The notes beneath the pieces were generated by a model, which ran no database searches, was not told where the DNA came from, and was given only the letters and a program-made list of their open reading frames with translations. Both the position numbers and the translations under genes were made by a program. From assembly GCA_965197525.1 (NCBI GenBank), contig OZ240211.1, positions 800,001-864,000 on the forward strand: a stretch of 64,000 nucleotides of DNA. Direction: 5' to 3'. Positions 23,352 through 33,668 of this stretch are shown here, one piece after another. The stretch's first letter is position 1; each line of letters starts with the position of its first letter. Source of the stretch: Nitrosopumilus sp. (GTDB lineage Archaea > Thermoproteota > Nitrososphaeria > Nitrososphaerales > Nitrosopumilaceae).

Positions 23352-24019
23352 TACAGGATACCTCTTTCAGCTTCTGGAGGAATGCCAATTTTTTCAACAA
23401 ACAGGTCACCGGTCAAATCTGGACGTTTAGGAATGCCTTGCTTCATTTTATGAAAAGTGACAGTCATATCGCATTTGGAGCATATGTTGGCAGTGTTACC
23501 TGTCTGAGGATCCAAACCAGATGGCACATCGACTGCAAATTTGTAGCTGGCTGCCTGATTTATATAATTGATTGCAGATGCAAAGGGCTCTCTAATATCT
23601 CCAGATATGCCAGTTCCCAATATAGAGTCAATAATAATATCAGCTGAGGCGTCCGAGTCAGTGAGTACATCAGGCAAATTAGAATTGCATGAGAGTAATC
23701 GTACAGATGACGGCATCTTTTGTAGAATGGACCAGTTCCAACTACATTCATCGGTCTTTATCTTGTCAGGATTTCCTAAAAGAACGACTGTAACTTTGGC
23801 ATCATAACCTGCAAGATGTCTTGCCATTACCAGTCCGTCACCGCCGTTATTTCCCAGTCCTGCAAAGATTAAGATGTGCTTTTGTGAGACGTCTACTAGT
23901 TTACTCACGAGACGCCTAACAGAAGCAGCACCTGCATTCTCCATCATGAATTTTTTAAAAAATCCCATGTCATGGCCTTTATTCTCAATTTTATACATCT
24001 GATCAACTGTAATCTCCAT
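23351..24019 (-). CDS. nnrE: NAD(P)H-hydrate epimerase (YjeF N-terminal domain)
   Basis: MENAG, GLGNNGGDG, DSILGTG and AVDVPSG. Confidence 0.9.
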   Translation of the reverse strand: MEITVDQMYKIENKGHDMGFFKKFMMENAGAASVRRLVSKLVDVSQKHILIFAGLGNNGGDGLVMARHLAGYDAKVTVVLLGNPDKIKTDECSWNWSILQKMPSSVRLLSCNSNLPDVLTDSDASADIIIDSILGTGISGDIREPFASAINYINQAASYKFAVDVPSGLDPQTGNTANICSKCDMTVTFHKMKQGIPKRPDLTGDLFVEKIGIPPEAERGIL

Positions 24020-24183
24020 GTTTGTGATGAAATTAACCCAAAATATAAAATTTGAAGTGAAAATACCACGAATTGCGCCTTTTTTGGCATCAATAGACTG
24101 AACTTATTTAAAGCAATGATAATAGATGGGTTTGATACGAACAACGAAGATAGGAAATAAACGATCAGTCGATATTTTGTAAA

Positions 24184-24588
24184 TTATATCTCGAGGATTT
24201 TATGAATTTGTTTTTTAGATGTATGTTCATCATAATGACTCTCACCGTTCGTACAAATAATGTAACTAAGATTGGTGTTATCAGCACGGCTATCAACATT
24301 AGAGCAACGAGATGACTGGCATATCGTCTTATCTGCGACATGCCAAGGCTTTGTCCAGACAGCTCTTCTAGTTTGTCGTGCAGTTCTACAGAGTGTAAAT
24401 GCGCGTCCCTCGCACCAATGCCTTGCCTTGTCTAGAATTTTTCTGTCTATTTTTGGTGGACGTCCTGACCATGGCTTGTCTGATAAGGCCTGTCGTATTC
24501 CATGGAGTGATTTTGTAGCACATGCAAACCTGCAATCACATGGCAACAGTACGACTATAACAATAAGATATTTCGGCAGTATTGACAA
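24184..24588 (-). pseudogene. IS630-like transposase N-terminal (HTH) remnant
   Basis: LSDKPWSGRPPKIDRKIL resembles the IS630 HTH linker; frame degenerates on both sides. Confidence 0.5.
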
Positions 24589-25066
24589 ATGTTTTGATTA
24601 CCATAAATGCTAACAGCATGGACAACCTACGTGATATACGGCCTACATGTTCTACTTTTTGCACTTGTTTTAGCATTTTACGTTCGTGCATATGTATACT
24701 TGGAGAAACGCATTTTTGACTTTTCCTATTGAGCTAGTAACCGTACAGTTAAATTTACATTCGTGTGTAATGCTGAGCTATACCCAGAAAGTAAAGTTCG
24801 AGAACACCTATTCTGGCAGGCTAGTGGAAAAATTCTGCGTTTTGATCACGGACTTTTCTTTCACGGTATAGTTCCGGTTTACACATTTGTGTGAAAAAAA
24901 TACGTCAAGGCATACAGATGTCATTCGGAATACAGGAGACGATGATTTACACATGATGTGATATACAAGGGACTACGATGACCAAAAATTAGCTGTACAG
25001 AAACTTATGCACGTTGCTATATGTCCTTGGTTATGTCATTGTTTTTACTCTTAGGTGATAGCATCA

Positions 25067-25350
25067 CCACTCGAATTTAACAGTCTCAAAAACACGTAAT
25101 AATTACCACCTGAATTTAACAATTTTACACCAAACACTGCGTTACCACTCAAATTTAACAGTCTCTTAAAAACCTCCTAAATATTGAACAGTGTAAAGAA
25201 ATTCAAAAACATGTAATAATTATATCCCTATCTTAACAGTCTCGAAAACATGTAATAATTATATCCCTATCTTAACAGTCTTGAGACAAATACGACTTTA
25301 TCTCCCGAATTTAACACCCTAGTGAAACCTCCCTAAGATTGAACAGTGTA
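25067..25350. repeat. degenerate array with a 39-bp period (core ttaacagt), arranged as two super-units
   Basis: ttaaca cores at 25077, 25116, 25155, 25233, 25272 and 25311; tails ending ttgaacagtgta at about 25184-25195 and 25339-25350. Confidence 0.75.
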
Positions 25351-25456
25351 GTTTATTTTGTAATAATTTACAAAATTGTTACTCATTCTATATTGATATA
25401 GTTTCTGGTAAAAACACGGTCACTTCATCGCTTTTGAGACGATTTTAAGTACATTT

Positions 25457-26185
25457 TCAGATACAGTGGTAAAAGATGAGGGTTTTTGGGGCAAAAGAGG
25501 TTGGTAAGTCCTGCACCCAAAATTCCTCCCTCTTAGAAACACTCTCTTTGAACTTACCCATATTGAATTCATCTCCATAAACTGATTTGATTTTGGTTCT
25601 AACCATACCTGGATTTAGCACTACTCCTTGGCCATCCAGGAATGAAAGGTCATGTAAATGCCTAGGATGTTTAGTATACAAAATGGCCCTAATTTTCTCA
25701 GCCATAATCTCTTCCAGAGACATAGTTGGAATCTCAAATGGATTTGTAAAAATATCATAGAAATGTAAAACAGGTTTTGTAGAAGTTTCTGTGAGAACAT
25801 CTTTTCGGAAGCTTAAATCAACTCTCACACTTGTTGTTCTGTCATTAAATTGAGTATATTTTATTTTGAATTTGAAACTTTTATTTTTTCTTTCTTCATC
25901 AGCAATTTCTGTAAATTGTACATCAAGTTCTGTCATGTTATTGTTGATAAAATCTCGAAATTCTTCTGAAATATCTTCTAAACAAGTAAAATCAAGATCC
26001 TCAGAAAATCTAAAGTTTTCAAAATGTATTTTTTTAAGTGCAGTACCTCCTTTGAATACTAACGAATCAAGTTTTGGAAAATTTGTAATTATTGAAAGAA
26101 GACTAGTTAATGCATAATCTTTTTCTAATGTACCCAATGGTATGTGATGTCTATTTGCCAAACTTCGTAATTGGTTTTCCTCCAT
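25457..26185 (-). CDS. abiEii: AbiEii-type nucleotidyltransferase toxin (type IV TA), C-terminus possibly truncated
   Basis: LEKDYAL, VFKGGTAL, RFSEDLDF, EKIRA...RHLHDL; TAATG coupling with the upstream gene. Confidence 0.88.
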   Translation of the reverse strand: MEENQLRSLANRHHIPLGTLEKDYALTSLLSIITNFPKLDSLVFKGGTALKKIHFENFRFSEDLDFTCLEDISEEFRDFINNNMTELDVQFTEIADEERKNKSFKFKIKYTQFNDRTTSVRVDLSFRKDVLTETSTKPVLHFYDIFTNPFEIPTMSLEEIMAEKIRAILYTKHPRHLHDLSFLDGQGVVLNPGMVRTKIKSVYGDEFNMGKFKESVSKREEFWVQDLPTSFAPKTLIFYHCI

Positions 26186-27009
26186 TAGTAATCCATCCAC
26201 CCTAATAGTTCTTCTTTAGTCCTATTAATTATCAATCCATAATCATTAGATGACTGAATTTTCTTTTTTACAGTGTTTGGGTCTAAATATTGATATGGAT
26301 ATAGTTTTATTTTTTTAATAGTTGATTTTGAAATATTATTTTCAATTTGTAAAATATCTAACAAATATCCTAATCTTTTCAATACAACATTAACTTCAAC
26401 TTGTTGTGCCATTTCTAGAACTTGATTCCAATCTATTTCTTTGCGTACATTCCACATTGCTTTTGTTACTTCAGGAATTCCTCCACAATATTCAGGATGC
26501 ATTAAACCATCCACTATTGTTTTTTCTTTACTTGAAATGTTAAATTTTGTTTTACCTGATTTCTCTTCTATAAATCCAAAAAATTTTTTCTTGGATAATG
26601 TTACAAACTCATATCGTTGATCTCCAAACTCTAACACTTTATTCTTTTTTCTTTTTGGTGTTGCAACAAAAACAGTATAGAGAATTTGTTCAGTCATTTC
26701 CCAAAAATCCATTGCAGTCCAAAATCCAACATAATATTCATCTATTAGATGAGGGACTACTACCCATGCTTCTTCGGCCCAATATCCCCCTACTCCTGCA
26801 CGTGACGGAATGAGAAGATATTTTCCTCTCTCAATCTGCCTAATACGTCCTTTTTGCTTTAATCCACTTACTACAAGTTTTGTTGCTATGGCTCCCGATC
26901 CTAGTATTTTTCTGGCATCATCAATAGTGAAAACACTGAAATTCTTCTCTTCCAGTGTGAAAAGGAGTTTTGTCTCCTGAGGACCAAGTTTTATATTTTG
27001 TGTAACCAT
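26185..27009 (-). CDS. abiEi: AbiEi-type antitoxin / transcriptional regulator
   Basis: N-terminal wHTH, IERGKYLL, EKTIVDGL..P..CGG, KRLGYLL. Confidence 0.85.
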   Translation of the reverse strand: MVTQNIKLGPQETKLLFTLEEKNFSVFTIDDARKILGSGAIATKLVVSGLKQKGRIRQIERGKYLLIPSRAGVGGYWAEEAWVVVPHLIDEYYVGFWTAMDFWEMTEQILYTVFVATPKRKKNKVLEFGDQRYEFVTLSKKKFFGFIEEKSGKTKFNISSKEKTIVDGLMHPEYCGGIPEVTKAMWNVRKEIDWNQVLEMAQQVEVNVVLKRLGYLLDILQIENNISKSTIKKIKLYPYQYLDPNTVKKKIQSSNDYGLIINRTKEELLGWMDY

Positions 27010-27459
27010 AGTATCTCTTAAAGATATTATGGTAACATAAAGTATATATAATTTATGTAACTATAACTCTGTTTTCCAATTTCGATAAACGTATCTGAGT
27101 TGCCACAAAGAGCACGATTCTCGTGTGACTTGACGCTGTTTACGAACTAAATTAATCGTAAAAGTGCGAAATGTACGAGTTGGGAAACAAAATTGTAACT
27201 ATAGTATCTTTATAAGATACCTTAGTGACATGAAACATCTCTTGTACAAAAAATAGTTCCTGCCCCCACATAGGGTGTCGTCGTCTGGAGTAAATCCAAG
27301 ACCAAAACTCAAACCAGAGCCCATAGGGCGGAGGAGGAGAAACACCAGCTACTGCAACAACTGCTACTGCGTCTGCTGCTTCAACTGCAACAACAATTCC
27401 AATCATCACTATGATGAGCACATCTAAATTGAATTAATTTCTAGACTCCGCCAAAAAGG

Positions 27460-27678
27460 TCATAATAAGAAAAAATGAACATTGTATGAGATCATAAGTT
27501 CTGCAACCTTCATTGCGCATCTTTTGTTTCCGTCGCTGAGCACATGACTTTTGGTCAATACTTCCATTATCGTGGCAGCTTTTTGATACAGTTCGGGATA
27601 CAGCTCGTGACCGTAGAGTGACGTCAAAAAGTCTTTGCAATTTTCAAAAACACTAGAAACACTTATAGCTTGAAACAT
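27460..27678 (-). pseudogene. Fic/Doc family toxin fragment
   Basis: LYQKAA...HVLSDGNKRCA Fic motif; only 72 aa, N-terminal part missing. Confidence 0.7.
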
Positions 27679-28333
27679 TTATCGCCCATCGTGGAAAACC
27701 AGAATGTGGAATTAATATATGTATATAAGAGGGAATTAAACTCAAAGGCAAAAGAACGAATGCTTGCAGTGTTAAATGTCGTAGAGGAACCTGCTTTAAT
27801 CATGTAGCCAATAAATATGGAGAATTTCCAGCCATAGAATTTGGAATACTTGATTATTACACTTATTTGCCAGGTACCAACGATTCTAATAATCAATGTT
27901 CTGTATTTTGCGATATTTACGGATATGAACCACAATGGGCCAAATCAATGGATGTTTATCAAGCAGCTGGAGTATGTATGTCAATCTTTAATAATTCTGA
28001 ACAGGCAAGTGATGATGATCTAGGATGGTGTTATGAACTTACAAGATATCTAATTGAGTAATATTAATCAAAAATCCAGGTTGTAATTTGTAAAACGTTT
28101 TACGGGGTAAAACATCAACCAAAAGCATTTTTTTTTTTTTGTTGTTGATAGATTTAGGGATTCAGCTAAATCATTAGTATAATGATGATTAATATACTAG
28201 GAATTATATCATATATTACGTGTAAACGTGTTTGGTGTTGTCATACTATACACTAAACGTGTTCGTGGATAAGACAAAAATCCTTGGAATGGCATCCACA
28301 ACGCATTTTTACTTTACACATAATCTAATTCTT

Positions 28334-28420
28334 GCCAAGTTAAATTAGTCTGATCGAAATTGGATGTCTTAAGAACATCTGCCATTCCAAGACATGTGGG
28401 TTCAAATCCCACACTTGGCG
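28334..28420 (+). tRNA. atypical tRNA-like gene, anticodon TAA (Leu), long variable arm
   Basis: Acceptor GCCAAGT/ACTTGGC; anticodon stem GATGT/ACATC with loop CTTAAGA; T-arm GTGGG-TTCAAAT-CCCAC; D loop lacks GG; discriminator is G. Confidence 0.6.
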
Positions 28421-28505
28421 CTTCTATTAGTCAAAATGTGGTATGTATAACCATACATGAATCTGAATTTTAATTTTTCATGCATTCTGCTTCATGTTTT
28501 TGATA

Positions 28506-28609
28506 TATTCCACAGACAACAAGCATTATGCATATTGATAGTTGACATCTCAGGTCTGATTAAATATATGAGGTATTATTCCACAGATAACAAGCATTAT
28601 GCATATTGA
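28506..28609. repeat. two 33-bp direct repeats, 71 bp apart
   Basis: tattccacagayaacaagcattatgcatattga at 28506-28538 and 28577-28609 (one mismatch). Confidence 0.8.
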
Positions 28610-28793
28610 CAGTCCTAAAATGCCATGTATCGAAACTTATGCACGTTGCTATAGGGGTACATTTTCAACTTCTGATATAGAAATGATTTGGTACATATCA
28701 CAGTTAAGAAGATGTAGTTGTAGGAAAATGGATTATTTGCCTAAGATATTAGAAAAGTGCAAGAACGCTGTTGGCCAGCCCACGGTTATTATT

Positions 28794-29156
28794 TCAGAAT
28801 ATGCCAAACTTACTTGATTCCATCTCCTCTTTGATTGCAAGTTTGAATCGAGGAGATTTGGCGTTTACTTTGCTTGTCAGCCACGTCAGAAATTTCTTCT
28901 CCATACTCTTCCCTTTTAACACGACAAAATCAGGACCCATAACTTCCATTAGTTTCTCTACTAGCGACCTATTCACACTGAGTACAAAAAAATGCCATCC
29001 AAAAGCAAATTCAGAGTCAGTCATAACAAAATCTTCTTCGCTGTGAACCATCTCCTCTAAGAGAGATAACTGGTGAGTCAATGCCTTGCTAGTCTTGTCA
29101 TAATCTACTGCAGAGACATTGATGTTGATTCTGCCACTACTACCACCACTATTCAT
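28794..29156 (-). CDS. hypothetical protein
   Basis: 120-aa ORF collinear with the neighbouring core genes. Confidence 0.7.
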   Translation of the reverse strand: MNSGGSSGRININVSAVDYDKTSKALTHQLSLLEEMVHSEEDFVMTDSEFAFGWHFFVLSVNRSLVEKLMEVMGPDFVVLKGKSMEKKFLTWLTSKVNAKSPRFKLAIKEEMESSKFGIF

Positions 29157-29195
29157 ACTTGTAATACATTAAAACAAGATAAAAGGATTACACCC

Positions 29196-29966
29196 TCAGT
29201 CAAGCAAGTGCCCAAAGTCAATATCAAAATGCATCTTCATGATACTAATGTATGTTGTAATGGATTCTGGAACCTCATCTTCGCATGATACGCCTAATTT
29301 TTTGGCGTTAATCCAAATTATCAACGTCTGTATAATTGTTAAAAATCGATCGTTCTCAACTTGAGGACTGCCTAGTGATTTTGTGTATCTTTCTGCAAAC
29401 TCCCATGCTGTAACAAAATCTATACACTTTACGCCAAAAACGGATAACAATTGTTCTTGCATACTAGAGGCTTTTTTAAATGGAGTTGTATTGATGACAT
29501 ATGGAAAATCCACCTGTTCTGGAAGACAGTCAGGGAGCGGCCCCCAAATAGTGATTATCTTTGTTCCAGGTCTCAAATCTTCAAATTTTTTTAACATTTG
29601 TTCAATGACATGCTCATCAGTAAACCAGAATAAGACTACAGTGGCATCTGAAATGTTAGAGTCTATAACATTTTGGCAGATTAATTCTGCCCCTTGGACA
29701 TTTTTCTCTTGTAGTGTCTTTTTTGCATCTTTGATTTTTTCGGAGTTATTATCAATTCCCACAGCTCGTCTTACATGAAACTTGCTTACTGCTAGATCAA
29801 TACTTGTTGCATCGCCGCAGCCAAGATGATAGAAAACGTCATCACATGTTAACTTTGCAAATTTAAAGATAGTCTCAAGAGATCTCTCAGACAGCGCAAT
29901 ATCCTCTCCACTAAGTAAATTAGTTGGAAGCGTGTCTAAATATTCTTCAATCCTCATAAATACCAA
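29196..29966 (-). CDS. SAM-dependent methyltransferase
   Basis: FYHLGCGD...AVGID...ISDATVV class I MTase motifs. Confidence 0.8.
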   Translation of the reverse strand: MVFMRIEEYLDTLPTNLLSGEDIALSERSLETIFKFAKLTCDDVFYHLGCGDATSIDLAVSKFHVRRAVGIDNNSEKIKDAKKTLQEKNVQGAELICQNVIDSNISDATVVLFWFTDEHVIEQMLKKFEDLRPGTKIITIWGPLPDCLPEQVDFPYVINTTPFKKASSMQEQLLSVFGVKCIDFVTAWEFAERYTKSLGSPQVENDRFLTIIQTLIIWINAKKLGVSCEDEVPESITTYISIMKMHFDIDFGHLLD

Positions 29967-29982
29967 GAAAACAAAGAGGGAT

Positions 29983-30252
29983 TTATTCTCTTATACTCTC
30001 TAATTTTGAAACTGCTTGCCATAGTTGGGTTCTAACATAAGAAGGCATGTTCGGATCTTGGGTAAAATCATCAAACAAGCTTATTGTATTTGCGACCCTA
30101 ACTGATAATGAAAACTCTTCACTCTTTAGATCGGTTATCATATCAAGAACCGCTTTTTTTATAGTCTTGGGAGTAGAACTGCTTGTAGCAATTTGATTAA
30201 GTGTCTCTATTGCTTCCTTCATGGATTCTTTATTTTCTATATCACTTGGCAT
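29983..30252 (-). CDS. UPF0147 family protein
   Basis: TPKTIKKA...DPNMPSYVRTQLWQAVSKLE. Confidence 0.85.
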   Translation of the reverse strand: MPSDIENKESMKEAIETLNQIATSSSTPKTIKKAVLDMITDLKSEEFSLSVRVANTISLFDDFTQDPNMPSYVRTQLWQAVSKLESIRE

Positions 30253-30287
30253 TTTTCCACCTTTTCTTAAAAATTAGAGGTATATAG

Positions 30288-30596
30288 TTACATCTCTACA
30301 TAGACGTTATCAGATTCGACTACAATGTTATACGACGTTAAATCTCTAATTTTGGCAGGGAATTTTGATAGTTTTCCAGTTTTACAGTCAAACTCTGCCC
30401 CATGCCATCCACAAGTGATAGTGCATCCGTCTAGTTTACCTTCAGACAAGCTGGCGCCTGCATGAGTACATGAATCGTCTGTCGCACAATACGTATTATC
30501 AATATTTGCAACTAAAATATCACGCCCGTCAACTGACACCTTGATCATACTACCAGGTGACACATCTGCTGTTTTACAAACCATAATCTTACCCAT
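30288..30596 (-). CDS. Rieske-type [2Fe-2S] ferredoxin
   Basis: CTHAGASL...CGWHGAEF. Confidence 0.92.
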   Translation of the reverse strand: MGKIMVCKTADVSPGSMIKVSVDGRDILVANIDNTYCATDDSCTHAGASLSEGKLDGCTITCGWHGAEFDCKTGKLSKFPAKIRDLTSYNIVVESDNVYVEM

Positions 30597-31132
30597 GTGA
30601 AATCATACCTAAATATAGTTAATATTTTTTTCCATAGCCATTTTAGAAAACCCAGATACAAGATCAGATAGTTACAAGTCATGTGATTTTAACACATGCT
30701 AGTTACGATTGTTGTTACAACATATAACAGATGTAAACTAACAAAATTCATCAATGTACAAAATAAGAATTAAAAGTAGAAAGATATCCATAATGCGATC
30801 TGCATAGAACAAAATTATGAAATAAATAAAGCAAGACAGACTAGACGCGCTGTTTAATATTTACAATATTAAATATTCGAACATATAGAATTTGATCTTG
30901 ATCTAATATCAAATGCGACAAAAGATAGTCAAAATGTATTGATATATAGACACTCATTATGCAATACAAAGAATAAAAATAAAATGTAAATTTATGCATA
31001 ATTAAAATAGAATTAAATCAAGAAGAAATAATAAGTCAAAAAACATCCACATATATAAAAACGATTGGTCTACAAAAGAAATTGCAGAGTAGTGTATTAA
31101 TTAAATGATGGGCATGAGATATATGCTAGCGG

Positions 31133-31360
31133 TTAAAAGTTCTTGAGGTTGAACGATTTTCTACTGATGTAGTTCATTACATTAATTCTGGGACGTACCA
31201 TCCTGAAATATTCTGATACGGCATCGAGCATCTGTTCTACAGTTGCATAATACTCTGACACCAGCATATCACACTTTGACTGCTGCCGGTATTCTTTGAT
31301 CGCGCCGAGCTCCGGTGTTGTAATAGGAAGATGTAATAATTTTAAAAGCGATATCTGATA
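31133..31360 (-). pseudogene. IS630-like transposase C-terminal remnant
   Basis: Manual translation LLHLPITTPELGAIKEYRQQSK...EYYATVEQMLDAVSEYF resembles the IS630 LPxxxPELNPIE region; not in the ORF track. Confidence 0.55.
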
Positions 31361-31435
31361 AATTAGGAAGGACAGAGGATTCCATAAAATCTATTTAGAA
31401 TCTACAGACTAAATACTGAGATTCATAAATAAGCG

Positions 31436-32224
31436 TTAGAGTATCTGTTTTAACAATTTTTTTAATTCTTTTATCATTTGTGCCATTGTTGGGATCTCTT
31501 CATCTTTCAACCATATTAGACCCTCTTCACTTTGTAAATCTAACTTTTCAACAATGTTTTCAGGAAAAAATTGTTTAACGCTTGTATATTCTGCACCTCT
31601 AAGTTTTAATTTTTCTATAAACAATTTTTTTATTTTATCGTTGTCAATTTCTTCTGTTTTTAACAATCGCCATACATCATAGTAATCTCTTATGTAACCT
31701 CTTTCTATAATTGCACAAAGTTTTTCTGCTAAAATGGTTGAAATCGAATATACTTTCACCATTAAATCTGGATAATCAAAAATTTTGAATAATTTCTTAT
31801 CTTCAATATCTCCTATTGTGTTTTCTAATGTAATCTCAATTTTTACAGTTCCCGTACCTATTTTGCCATTATATGAAAATCTAGTGCGTATAAATTTTGG
31901 ATTTATGTATGGATCTCCTTTTTGCCTAATATCTAAATTACAAGATTTTTTTATTATTTTTGGCAATTCATTTTGCAATGTTTTTCCGAATGTTTCAAAT
32001 CCTTCTCCATTTAATGCTGTAAAATCTAAATCTTCTGATAATCTCCATTTGTTTGGATAATGAATTTTTGATAGTGCAGTTCCACCTTTGAATACCAATT
32101 TATTTGATATGGATGTAGAAAATATTCCGTGTAATATCCATCCTAATACGTAATGCTTTACCATCATATCTATTGGAAAACCTTGTTCTGCAGCTTCCTT
32201 TACTAATTCTTGTTTTTCAATCAT
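31436..32224 (-). CDS. abiEii: AbiEii-type nucleotidyltransferase toxin, second copy
   Basis: KHYVLGWIL, VFKGGTAL, RLSEDLDF, EKLCA..ER..IRDYYD; TAATG coupling. Confidence 0.88.
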   Translation of the reverse strand: MIEKQELVKEAAEQGFPIDMMVKHYVLGWILHGIFSTSISNKLVFKGGTALSKIHYPNKWRLSEDLDFTALNGEGFETFGKTLQNELPKIIKKSCNLDIRQKGDPYINPKFIRTRFSYNGKIGTGTVKIEITLENTIGDIEDKKLFKIFDYPDLMVKVYSISTILAEKLCAIIERGYIRDYYDVWRLLKTEEIDNDKIKKLFIEKLKLRGAEYTSVKQFFPENIVEKLDLQSEEGLIWLKDEEIPTMAQMIKELKKLLKQIL

Positions 32225-33039
32225 TATTGAACGAATCCTTTTGGATCTAATTGAGTATTTATTCTTAGTTTCCATCTCTCTTTAATTTTTATTCTTGTTT
32301 CTTTTGTTTTTGTTGGTTCCAAAAGCGAATAACCATTTTTTAATTTAATATTCTGTAACAATTCTAAACATTCCTTCCATTCAATTATTTCTGATATGTA
32401 TCCTAATCTTTTGATTATAGTGTTATTCCCCATTTTTTTTGCACAATCTACTAGTTTTTTTACATTGATTTCATTTTTAGAAAAAAATAAAGTTCTAGCA
32501 ATTTCTTCTATGCCTCCACCATATCTTGGATGATCTAAACAATCTACAATAGTTTTTTCAGGCGATGATATTTTTACTTTTATCTCGTCAATTGTTTTTT
32601 CTTCGGTACCAAACATTTTTTGAGAATGTATGGTAATAAATTTGAACTTTATATCAAATATTTTTTGTGAACGTTTTGCTATTGTTGTTGCTATATGTAC
32701 ATGTGATGAAATTCTATCAGTTAATCCATGATAATTTAATGCGCTCAAATATCCAATATAATATGATGATGGTGATGCAAGAAGTGAACCTATTGCAAAA
32801 CCATGCAGTGTATAACTTTCAGATCCATTTTCACCTGCATTCAATGGTATTATGATGTATGTTCCTTTTCGTATTTTCATGATCCATTTTTTTTCTACAA
32901 GATGGTGCAGAAAATTTTTGGTATCTTTTACATATTTTTTTAAATCTTTTGTTGTGAATACTGATTTGCTGTTATAACTTAGCTCTGTTAATATTCTTGA
33001 TTCTTTATCTGATAGACTACGTTTGTATTTATTTGTCAT
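32224..33039 (-). CDS. abiEi: AbiEi-type antitoxin, second copy
   Basis: IRKGTY, YYIGYLSALNYHGLT, PEKTIVDCLDHP..GGG, KRLGYI. Confidence 0.85.
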   Translation of the reverse strand: MTNKYKRSLSDKESRILTELSYNSKSVFTTKDLKKYVKDTKNFLHHLVEKKWIMKIRKGTYIIIPLNAGENGSESYTLHGFAIGSLLASPSSYYIGYLSALNYHGLTDRISSHVHIATTIAKRSQKIFDIKFKFITIHSQKMFGTEEKTIDEIKVKISSPEKTIVDCLDHPRYGGGIEEIARTLFFSKNEINVKKLVDCAKKMGNNTIIKRLGYISEIIEWKECLELLQNIKLKNGYSLLEPTKTKETRIKIKERWKLRINTQLDPKGFVQ

Positions 33040-33668
33040 TATTCTCTTTATCTAGAGTAAATCTCCTAATAAATATAGGTTTTATGGTATGATGAGGAGA
33101 CAAAAATGTACTCCTAGTCTGCCCCCTCCAAGATCATACAGCAGGCTTGTAAACCTACATGCTTTGAGTGCAAACAAGCCGGATAATTGTACAGAACAAT
33201 CGTGATGCTTCGATTACAATGAACAGCCGTACAACTACAGATGCTATACGTCAGCCGGTTAGAAATACATGTACAGTTGATGATACCCGATATGATTCTA
33301 CAGTAAATGACAGTATTATACATGCTAGAGTCCAGATGACAGATGGCAAAAAAAATCAAACATATGCAACGTGAGTTCAGGAAGCAAGATAGTTTTGCAT
33401 AATGATTCCACTGTTACCATAGCGATCAACGACTGGATACGGATTTGAGATCTAACGTAGTGTTTCTATTAGATAAATTTGATCTCGTGAACTTTTGCTT
33501 GACAGTATATATGATTTGATTACGCCAATCAACAAGGGTAAAACCGCATACTAGATCAAATTAGATTTTAGGACAGCACAATATATTAAAAATAGATTGC
33601 CAGAATACAAGATCGGTTATTTATCAAAATTCAAAATAAGTATGATTGACTGCGCAGATTCCATATGT

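Noticed and set aside
25067-25350. CRISPR array
   Set aside because: The period is only 39 bp, the repeats are degenerate, the intervening parts are themselves partly duplicated, and there are no cas genes.
27152-27421. 89-aa ORF with Ala/Val-rich and Pro-rich segments
   Set aside because: It may be a gene fragment, but it is low-complexity with no identifiable family.
24184-31360. The two IS630 remnants as halves of one interrupted element
   Set aside because: Both are on the minus strand, but the N-terminal piece lies downstream of the C-terminal piece, which is the wrong order.
33114-33374. Small overlapping ORFs between abiEi and the FAH gene
   Set aside because: No recognisable motif on either strand, so neither can be supported as a gene.
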